A DNA stretch of 64,000 nucleotides from Candidatus Bathyarchaeota archaeon (lineage in GTDB: Archaea; Thermoproteota; Bathyarchaeia; 40CM-2-53-6), in the NCBI GenBank assembly GCA_963833125.1, contig CAWHWX010000001.1, positions 224,001 to 288,000 of the forward strand. The letters are read 5' to 3'. The notes beneath the pieces were generated by a model that was given only the letters and a program-made list of their open reading frames with translations, was not told the DNA's origin and did not search any database. Positions 1 through 7,647 of the stretch are shown here, one piece after another. Numbering within the stretch: the stretch's first letter is position 1; each line of letters opens with the position of its first letter. Position numbers and translations under genes: made by a program.

Positions 1-121
1 GGAATTCTTCTTGGTATGGGAAGGGTTTGAAGTTTAGGAAGTTTCGTGCGAAGGTTATCGGGTCTCTGATGGAGTCGGCTACGTATTGGGCATATTTCTT
101 GAAGAGTTCATTTCGGTCTAT
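1..121 (-). CDS. Terminase large subunit, N-terminal fragment (runs off left edge)
   Basis: Manual translation of the minus strand from ATA at 121 gives (M)DRNELFKKYAQYVADSIRDPITFARNFLNFKPFPYQEEF. This matches the DP.xF...F.PxPYQ (Q-motif) opening typical of terminase large subunits. It overlaps the end of a TerS-like gene and is absent from the ORF track. Confidence 0.7.
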   Translation of the reverse strand, partial: MDRNELFKKYAQYVADSIRDPITFARNFLNFKPFPYQEEF

Positions 122-518
122 TTTTGAGCGCCTCTAAGATAAGCCTCGCCAACTCCTCTTCTCCCTCCTTGCCTGCTTGGGTTGTGATTCGGTCTTTGCG
201 TGTGACGGCGAGTCCTTTGAGGGCGGTTTCGATGATTTTTCTAAGCTTGGCTTGTGAGTCTGTGACGCGGCTGTAGGTTTCGTCGTTCGCTTTTTCAGAG
301 TCGAGGAGTTTTTCCACGTTTCTCATGTATATTGTGGCTCTGGCGATGGCGTCGATTTCTAGGTCGTCTACTTCTGGGTCGTAGCTTCCCAGTTTCTTCA
401 ACTCCCTGATTAGGGCGGCCTTGACGGTTTCGTACTCTTTCGCGTCCTTCTCGGTGAGGAGGGGCACTTTGTGGACTGGGGGTTTGCCGTTTCGTTGGGC
501 AGGGGTGGTGCTCTTCAT
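108..518 (-). CDS. Putative terminase small subunit (P27-like)
   Basis: Helical protein with YDPEVDDLEIDAIAR and LKGLAVTRKDR, resembling the LGLT.xR tail of P27-type TerS. It lies directly upstream of the TerL-like ORF, and its ATG at 518 overlaps the upstream stop (ATGA). Confidence 0.6.
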   Translation of the reverse strand: MKSTTPAQRNGKPPVHKVPLLTEKDAKEYETVKAALIRELKKLGSYDPEVDDLEIDAIARATIYMRNVEKLLDSEKANDETYSRVTDSQAKLRKIIETALKGLAVTRKDRITTQAGKEGEEELARLILEALKNRPK

Positions 519-931
519 TCCGACGCCCCAGGCGTCTTCAGCCACGCTCTGTTCCGTATGTATTGGAGGAGTAGGGTGTGGAGCAGTGTTTGCTGCGTCA
601 CGCCGTCCAAGCGTGCTCTCGTCAGAATTTTCTGTTTAAACTCTCTAGAGATGTGGATCGTAACGCTCTTGGTGTGCTTCTGCACGCCGACACCCTGGTT
701 ATCTTCGAGGCCTGTGTGGATTGCCTGAAAGATGAGAAGGGCCATGTTCGGGAACCCGCTCTCCTCAACCACCCTCCTCAGCTGATCATGTTCGTCGGCG
801 GATAATCGAATCCTCAACTTCGCCTTACCCCTCCCCCTCGCCGTGGCCTCGTCCCTCGTTTCTTCAGCCGATTCCCCCACACACCCAGCCCGCAGGCCTC
901 GTAAAGGAGAGTTGAGGTTTGCCGCTACCAT
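515..931 (-). CDS. Tandem ribbon-helix-helix DNA-binding protein
   Basis: Two RHH-like units (KLRIRLSADEHDQLRRVVEESG and SVTIHISREFKQKILTRARLDGVTQQTLLHTLL). Translationally coupled to the terS-like gene; true start uncertain. Confidence 0.6.
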   Translation of the reverse strand: MVAANLNSPLRGLRAGCVGESAEETRDEATARGRGKAKLRIRLSADEHDQLRRVVEESGFPNMALLIFQAIHTGLEDNQGVGVQKHTKSVTIHISREFKQKILTRARLDGVTQQTLLHTLLLQYIRNRAWLKTPGASE

Positions 932-989
932 CGTGGGTAGGGAGGTAGCTGAAACACTCGATTCTAGCCCAACTCAAACCCGAACCAAT

Positions 990-1175
990 TACCCACCCCT
1001 CCTAGCTCCGCACACCCTCAGCCGCGACCATTCCCTCCCACACACCACCAGCGAATGCCTCACACAAACCCCAAAACCAACCCCCCCACCCCAAAAAATG
1101 CACCACCCCCCACCACCCCACCCAAACACACACACGTGAATATCCACCCAACCACCAAACACAACTCCACACAGG
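990..1175. repeat. Low-complexity C/A-rich tract with multiple C-runs (G-quadruplex motif on minus strand)
   Basis: C7 at 1081-1087, C4 at 1089-1092, C6 at 1106-1111, C4 at 1116-1119 and C3 at 1121-1123; the + strand is nearly free of G. Confidence 0.75.
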
Positions 1176-1306
1176 TACTCGAAAATGACCCTGAAACGCG
1201 TACGCGGTACCATTGTACCGACAATGAAACCCCCGGCCATTCGATTGAGGTGCCGGATAAGGCTTAACTTAATCTAAGCTAGCAAATCCGTTCGAGTCAA
1301 ACCCCA

Positions 1307-1861
1307 TTGATGGATAAGAAGCGGATGCAGGAACTAACTGGTTCATTGCTTGAGGCGATCGGTGAGAACCCCAAACGCGAGGGTCTCAGAGACACACCCA
1401 GGCGGGTTGCGGACATGTTCGCTGAACTCACCGAAGGTTACGCTATGGACCCAAAGGAGATTCTGTCCAGAGAATGGAACGAAGTTAGCGGCATGGTGGT
1501 AGCAAAAGAGATCGGCTTCTTCAGTTTGTGTGAACATCACATTCTCCCCTTCTATGGGAAGGTGCATATCGGCTACATTCCATCGAAGGCGGTTGTGGGT
1601 CTTTCGAAGCTCGTCAGGATAGTAGATTGTTACAGCAAGCGACTCCAACTCCAAGAGCGAATGACTAAGCAGATTGCAGACGCTTTAAACGAAAACCTGC
1701 ACCCGCTTGGGGTTGTTGTAGTGGTTCAGGCTCGTCATTTGTGTATGGAGATGAGGGGTGTGAAGAGCGGCGCAGACATCCTAACCTCAGAAATCCGCGG
1801 CCAGTTTGAGAAGTTCGAGACACGGAATGAGTTCTTCAACATGCTCCGCAAAGAGGTCTAA
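1307..1861 (+). CDS. folE: GTP cyclohydrolase IA
   Basis: Motifs REGLRDTPRRVA, SLCEHHILPF, GLSKLVR, LQLQERMT and HLCMEMRG. Confidence 0.97.
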   Translation: MMDKKRMQELTGSLLEAIGENPKREGLRDTPRRVADMFAELTEGYAMDPKEILSREWNEVSGMVVAKEIGFFSLCEHHILPFYGKVHIGYIPSKAVVGLSKLVRIVDCYSKRLQLQERMTKQIADALNENLHPLGVVVVVQARHLCMEMRGVKSGADILTSEIRGQFEKFETRNEFFNMLRKEV

Positions 1862-1865
1862 ACCA

Positions 1866-2204
1866 ATGTCATCCTCCACAGAACCCGACATAGTACGTCT
1901 CTACCGCCGTGAATTTGCAGCGGCCCACATAATTGCTGGACACCCAAAGTGCGGCCGCCAACACGGACACAACTATACTCTCCTTGCGAAAGTGTACGGC
2001 AGTAGCCAAGCTTGGTTGGACTTTGAGGACATCAAACGGACGGTGGATGGGTTCATTGATGAGCGGTATGATCATCGGGATATGGGGAACATGACTTGCG
2101 AAGCCCTGGCTAGGCACCTACAAGAACAGCTCAGTATTCTGTTCAAGACTAGGGTGAAAATTGAGCTATGGGAGACTGGAAAATTCGGCGTCGAGACTGC
2201 GTAA
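1866..2204 (+). CDS. queD: 6-carboxy-5,6,7,8-tetrahydropterin synthase
   Basis: Motifs AAH, CGRQHGHNY, DH, TCE and WET; follows folE, with ATG at 1866. Confidence 0.9.
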   Translation: MSSSTEPDIVRLYRREFAAAHIIAGHPKCGRQHGHNYTLLAKVYGSSQAWLDFEDIKRTVDGFIDERYDHRDMGNMTCEALARHLQEQLSILFKTRVKIELWETGKFGVETA

Positions 2205-2239
2205 ATTCGCCTACAAACATGCAATTTCAGTGTTCTAAC

Positions 2240-2659
2240 TTAGTACTTTTCCACTTCTCCGCGTACTTGACCTGCCTTCAGGAGGGCGAAGTGATGAACG
2301 TCTGTGGGGACACGGAGTTTGCCGGTGTTGTGGATTCGATCTATCTTCTGGAAAGCCTCTCGATCAACATCCTTGTCGAACGTCAGCTCTCCACTGTTCT
2401 CAAGGTGGAAGTTACCAAGCTCCTTGTGAAGGCCCATGATGTCGGATTTGGAGAGGAGGACGGAGCCGGCGATGACTAACCTCTTTGTGTCAAATACATC
2501 TGGGCTTTCGGATGGAGTTTGATTCATATATTGAGTTAGGGCTTCGTTTACGAGGTCGGCGACGTTCTTCCCCTGCTGCTTTGCCTTGGCTACCACGTTG
2601 TTGTAGGTATCCCGATCTAACCCGCGAATCAGGACCGCATTGTTTGCCATGATAGCCAT
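2240..2659 (-). CDS. Ribbon-helix-helix domain protein with unknown C-terminal domain
   Basis: N-terminal VLIRGLDRDTYNNVVAKAKQQGKNVADLVNEALTQY is RHH-like. Confidence 0.7.
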   Translation of the reverse strand: MAIMANNAVLIRGLDRDTYNNVVAKAKQQGKNVADLVNEALTQYMNQTPSESPDVFDTKRLVIAGSVLLSKSDIMGLHKELGNFHLENSGELTFDKDVDREAFQKIDRIHNTGKLRVPTDVHHFALLKAGQVRGEVEKY

Positions 2660-2683
2660 CTCACAAAGTTACCGTGCTTAATC

Positions 2684-2723
2684 TGATATCTTGATTACAT
2701 TGATAACATCGCTTTCTTATAAA
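2684..2723 (-). promoter_or_regulatory. Three TGAT-initiated direct repeats plus minus-strand TATA box (probable autoregulatory operator of the RHH gene)
   Basis: TGATATCT, TGATTACAT and TGATAACAT at 2684, 2692 and 2701; TTTATAAG on the minus strand at 2716-2723. Confidence 0.45.
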
Positions 2724-2821
2724 TCTTGTTAATTCTAATAACACCCGTTAACGTGTACTATGTGATTGCCTCGCTTGCACGAGCAAACGTGGCATGTGCC
2801 AGAAAAAGGAGGAAAATCAAT

Positions 2822-2992
2822 TTGGTTGAAGACCTGGAAAGATTACTGTTCGAAGAAATCCCTGAGATGGAGACCCCGGGTATCAAGCGGTGCGAGTGGT
2901 GCAAACAGCCTCTCCCTAACGACCGATACCACCTCAAGATCTGCCCCCAGTGCCGCAAGGAATCCATCGACCTCTTCATGAAAGCCCACTAG
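2822..2992 (+). CDS. Small zinc-finger protein (CxxC...CxxC, 56 aa)
   Basis: AGGAGG SD upstream of TTG at 2822; motifs CEWC and CPQC. Confidence 0.65.
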   Translation: MVEDLERLLFEEIPEMETPGIKRCEWCKQPLPNDRYHLKICPQCRKESIDLFMKAH

Positions 2993-3260
2993 ACCCCCGT
3001 GTCGAGGGGGCCTCCCTCTCCGAACAGGCGTCTCGAACGCAAACCACTCAATTTTGAGTATTATTCTCCGTCCCTCTGTATTGATATTCTGGTCTACGTG
3101 GAACCGGGAACGCAAGATCCGCAGGTCAAGTCCCCCCGGCGAACATGTCCCGGTAGACTCCTGGGAAGGCTACTCAAGGGTTGGATGCATCGAATAGCGT
3201 TTTTGCAACCTCTAGTTTGGCTTAGCCCGAAACCAAAAATGTGCAACCCCTCAGCTTTGG

Positions 3261-3929
3261 TTGGGGATATCTGTGGTTAGGGCACTTGTGCTTCTGTCGG
3301 GTGGAATCGATTCTGCGGCCGCACTTTACTTGACGAAGCAGGAGACTGATGATATCTACTCAATGAACATGATCTATTCCCAATCTTACGATGCCGAAGC
3401 TGAGGCGGCAAAGAAGATCGCCGAGGCGGCCCATGTGAGAGAACATTTGACCATCTTCCTTCCGTTCTTCAAAGACATCGAGAAACGATACAAGCCAACT
3501 CCATCCTCAAAGACCTCTTCCGCGTACGTTCCAGCTCGAAACATAGTCTTCTACGGCGTCGCGGCTGCTTACGCTGAAACCCTCAAGGTGAACAAAATAA
3601 TTTTTGGTTCAAATGCTGATGATGCGAAAGAACTTCCTGACGCCCGTCCGGCGTTCATTCAACGCATGAATGAGTTGATACGATATGGGACACGAGCAGG
3701 GAGTGAAGGGTTCCTGATCGAAACTGTCAACCCTCTAATCAACTACAGCAAGAGCGAAGTGCTCAAACTCGCTATAGCGTTGAAGGTGCCATTGCAGTTG
3801 ACCTGGAGCTGCTTCGAGGACGCTAAGGTCCCTTGCGGAAAATGTCGCGGCTGCAATAACAGGAGAAAAGCATTCGACCGGCTTGGCGTGCCGGACCCAT
3901 TGCTTTCAGGCAGAAATCCTAAGAAGTAA
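3261..3929 (+). CDS. queC: 7-cyano-7-deazaguanine synthase
   Basis: SGGIDS PP-loop, YVPARN, and the WSC...CGKCRGC zinc motif. Confidence 0.95.
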   Translation: MGISVVRALVLLSGGIDSAAALYLTKQETDDIYSMNMIYSQSYDAEAEAAKKIAEAAHVREHLTIFLPFFKDIEKRYKPTPSSKTSSAYVPARNIVFYGVAAAYAETLKVNKIIFGSNADDAKELPDARPAFIQRMNELIRYGTRAGSEGFLIETVNPLINYSKSEVLKLAIALKVPLQLTWSCFEDAKVPCGKCRGCNNRRKAFDRLGVPDPLLSGRNPKK

Positions 3930-3989
3930 TTTCAGAGTTACATCGCGTCGGCTAAGTAACCAATAAAAGCCTTGTCCACTCAAGTTCAT

Positions 3990-4021
3990 GGCTGGGGAAT
4001 TGGTAAGCCAATTTTCCAGTC
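3990..4021 (+). other. 14-bp RNA hairpin between queC and nrdJ (possible terminator or stability element)
   Basis: GGCTGGGGAATTGG-taag-CCAATTTTCCAGTC pairs completely with three G-U wobbles. Confidence 0.5.
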
Positions 4022-4163
4022 GAAGTACCCCAAAGGTTGTTGAATGCGGCGATGCATTTTTCACTCTGTAGGGTACAATATTTTATACAATTCTGTCGAA
4101 AACTATTAAAGTGCGATAGGGGGCTTACACGGTTCCTTACCTTTTGAGGAGGCAGAAATCAAA

Positions 4164-6750
4164 TTGGTAGCCCACGTTCAGTCATCGAAAAGGAAACCTT
4201 CACCCACCCTCAAGATCGCTCAGATTAGAAAGCGCGATGGACGCATAGTCGCATTTGATAAAGAAAAGATCACTAGCGCCGTTTACAAGGCCATCATCGC
4301 CACTGGCGGAAGAGAAGACCGAACCCTAGCAGAGTCGCTCTCAACGTGCGTGATCGAGATACTCAACGAAAAATACGGCACAGGAACTATCCCCGCAGTA
4401 GAAGACGCACAAGATGTGGTTGAGCGTGCGCTGGTTGAAAATGGGCAGGCGAAGGTAGCTAAGGCATACATTATTTACAGGCAAAAACGCGCCGAGATCC
4501 GTCGGGAGAAACAGCGAGTTCTCGAGAAGGAGGTTATTGACGAGGTTGACAAGGTATTCGACCTAAACGCCTTACGTGTTCTCAAGGCTAGGTATCTGAA
4601 GAAGGATGAGACTGGCAAACTGGTAGAAACACCAAAACAACTTTTCACAAGAATAGCCGTTCACGCGGCCTTACCCGACCTTTTGTACGATACCGAGGTT
4701 TTCGACATCACTAAGAAACAACATCCACACGGACATGAGGCTTTCAATCCGGAAGAATTCCATGAGAAGGTCTCCATTGGGAAGTATCCGCTCAATCGGT
4801 ATCACCTTGAAGCATTGAAGAGAATGTACGACCGATTCGATCTGGGAGGCGAGGCTAAGGTTTCGTGGCAAGCGTTCTTTGATATGCTCAAGAGTGGACG
4901 GTTTAACAAGTTTGAGAAGTCGATTAACTCGTTTTACGAGTTAATGGTAACTCGGAAATTCATGCCTAACACGCCGGCCATCGCAAACTTCGGAAACGTC
5001 CTCGGCATGGGGTCCGCCTGCTTCGTTCTCGGCGTGGAGGATTCTATCGAGAGCATTATGGAGACACTGAAACAAACTGCTGTGGTATTCAAGGCTGGGG
5101 GCGGAATGGGTTATAATTTCTCGAAACTTAGACCGGAAGGAGACTACGTTAGTTCGACCTCAGGCGTGGCCTCCGGCCCGATCAGCTTCATGATGTTATT
5201 CGACACCATGACCGACGTTATCAAACAGGGCGGGATCCGACGCGGCGCCAACATGGGCATCCTCGACAGCAACCACCCGGACGTGGAGAAGTTCATCACG
5301 GCAAAGAAGGGCAACAAGGCGCTTAGGAACTTCAACATATCCGTTCTGATAATGCCTGAGTTCTGGGAAAGTTTCAAGTCCAATAAATCCTACCCTCTCG
5401 TAAACCCCAGAACGGGACAGGTTGTACGCGAAGTAAATGCCCGCCTGCTATTCGACATGATCGTTTACCAAGCCTGGGAAAGCGCGGAGCCGGGAGTAAT
5501 TTTCTTCGACCATGTGAACGAGCACAATCCATTCCTCAAACACCTAGGACCGATAGTGACCACTAACCCCTGTGGCGAAGTTCTACTCTACCCTAACGAA
5601 TCATGCAATCTTGGCAGCATCAACGTCTGGGCATTCATTAAGCATGATGCGAATGGGAAGACAACCTACGATTGGGATGGATTACGCGAAGCCGTGTACA
5701 CTGGTTCCAGATTTCTCGACAACGTCATTGACGTGAACAACTTCCCACTCAAAGCCATCGAAGACATGACGCTCGCAACAAGGAAAATCGGTTTAGGAGT
5801 TATGGGTCTCGCCGACCTCCTCTTTGAACTCCGAGCTACCTACAGTAGCGATCAAGGAAGAAAACTCATGGAAGAACTCATGGAGTTCATCAACTATCAT
5901 TCGAAGATCGTGTCCATCGAGCTCGCAAAGGAACGCGGCCCCCTACCCTACTACAACAAGAGCTTCTACCCCGAAGGAAGGCTTCCCTTCTCAGCATTCA
6001 ACGATAGAAAGTCGTGGCACTTTGAATGGGATAAGATCGCTGAGATGATTAAGCGGCACGGTGTCCGGAACGGTTACACGACCGTCATCGCTCCAACCGG
6101 GAGCATCTCAATGATTGCTGGTTGCAGCAGCGGAATTGAACCCATCTACTCCCTAGTCTTCGAGAAACACGTGAAAGTTGGAAGTTTCTACTACATTGAC
6201 CCTGTCTTCGAACGGGTGATGACGGAAGAAGGGTTGTTCGGAGAAGATTTGCTGAGCGACGTCACAGAACACGGCGGCTCTATCCAAAGGATCACCTACA
6301 TACCCGAAGATTTGAAACGGGTATACATTACAGCGATGGATATTCGCCCCGAAGACCACATACGAGCATTAGCAGCCTTTCCAAAGATGGACTGACTCAT
6401 CAATATCTAAAACGAACAACTTCCCCGCAAACGCCACCGTCGAAAACATGCGCGAATCGTATCTGCTAGCCTACAGGCTAGGTTGCAAAGACGTGACCGT
6501 CTTCCGAGATACATCAATCAAGGGCCAAGTTCTCGTAGCCCCCCGCAAGAAACACGAGTCTTCCCAAAGTCAAGAGAAACCCGAAGAAGAACAGGTACCA
6601 AGCGCACCGAAACTCCTAGCCGTCCCGTTAGTGGGCGGTTCTCAAGGCGTTGGGGAGCAACTCAAGATCTGCCCGCAATGCACAAGCCAAGTCGTATACC
6701 AAGAAGGGTGCTACATCTGCCCCGAATGCGGATGTGGCGCATGCTCCTAA
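4164..6750 (+). CDS. nrdJ: Class II adenosylcobalamin-dependent ribonucleotide reductase with N-terminal ATP-cone and C-terminal Zn ribbon (one frameshift near 6379)
   Basis: ATP-cone IRKRDGRIVAFD; motifs SACFV, RRGANMG, TNPCGE, CNLGS and IAPTGSIS. Removing one T near 6379 restores AFQRWTDSSISKT and joins ORF 6448..6750 (GCKDVTVFRD, CPQC..CPECG). Confidence 0.93.
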
Positions 6751-6881
6751 ACACATAATCTTCGAGCCATTCCCGATCGCACGACCAATCACTGCTCAAA
6801 CCCATCTGTACGTCCCATCAAAATCCACGTCCCCACAGTTCACATTTAATTCCCAACACGGAGACTATAACACAGGTTTCC

Positions 6882-7572
6882 TTGGACAAGAATCTGCTTA
6901 GGGTAGTCAACAGGATTCGGGATAGGGATCTTCGAAAGAAAGTGTCTGGGTTACTTCAGAAACCGTCGATCAAGATCGGTGGCCGTACTTATTCTGGGAT
7001 ATCAATCGAGAAGTCTCCTGCCAGCGTATGGCATCACCACAATTATCCAGGAGGCTTCGTGGAACACACGTTGGCCCTTTACGAACTCTGCATTGGTTTA
7101 ACTAGAATTGTTGAAGAGGGTTTACGGGTGCCGAGTCGATAAGGATCTTGTAATCTGCGGGGTTCTCTTGCACGACATTTTCAAACCCGCCACCTACAAC
7201 GAGAGAAGTGAGGGGAGATATCGTCGTTCGGATTTAGCCGAACGACTTGATCACCTAACTCTCGCGACTGCGGAATTAATCCGAAGAGGCTTCCCCTTGG
7301 AGGCAGTCCATGTCGTAGCGGCAAGCCATGGAAGACAATACGGGCCCATTGGCCCCATGACAATTGAAGCATTAATCCTCCATCTGGGTGATGATGCTGA
7401 AGCCCAGCTTAATGGCGAGGTACTCAGTGCTGCACGCTTCATGATTCGCGAAATTACAGGAAACGAGCCTCAAAGTTTGAGCGGAAAGGAAGCCTTTGCG
7501 GTTGTCAGAACCAAAACGGATCGGGGCTGGGATGGCCTCAGAGATTATCTCACCAAGAAAGGAATTACCTAG
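6882..7572 (+). CDS. mptB: HD-domain phosphodiesterase, MptB (MJ0837)-like dihydroneopterin 2',3'-cyclic phosphate phosphodiesterase (frameshift near 7119)
   Basis: Motifs SPASVWHHHNYPGGFVEHT, LLHDIFKP, LDHLTLATAEL..RGFP and ASHG. The two ORF halves join by removing one G in GAGGG. Confidence 0.7.
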
Positions 7573-7647
7573 GGAGCCATTTATGCGTATTATTCTATAT
7601 GGAGAAGTTACTTATTCGCCTTAAGTGTCGTTGGGGTCGATTTCGTA

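Noticed and set aside
843-1267. Pro/His-rich and Gly/Val-rich ORFs (843..1139, 989..1240, 1055..1267)
   Set aside because: These are by-products of the low-complexity C/A tract and have no protein-like composition.
3113-3145. tRNA T-arm-like string GCAGGTCAAGTCCCCCCGGC as a provirus att remnant
   Set aside because: It lacks the GTTC motif, the T-stem does not pair, and no cloverleaf can be built.
3930-4163. Cobalamin riboswitch or NrdR box upstream of nrdJ
   Set aside because: No B12-box or convincing NrdR palindrome is recognisable; only one hairpin and a TATA-like element are present.
4600-4950. Insertion in nrdJ as an intein
   Set aside because: There is no Cys/Ser start with a His-Asn end and no LAGLIDADG motif; it looks like a lineage-specific helical insert.
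6370-6400. Frameshifts in nrdJ, mptB, the aminotransferase, hemH, pyrC, Fe-ADH (two), a class III aminotransferase and a nitrilase read as programmed frameshifting or pseudogenes
   Set aside because: They are 1-2 nt indels, mostly in short runs or a CT repeat, scattered over unrelated and often essential genes whose motifs are otherwise intact. There are no slippery heptamers or accumulated stops, so long-read error is the simplest explanation.
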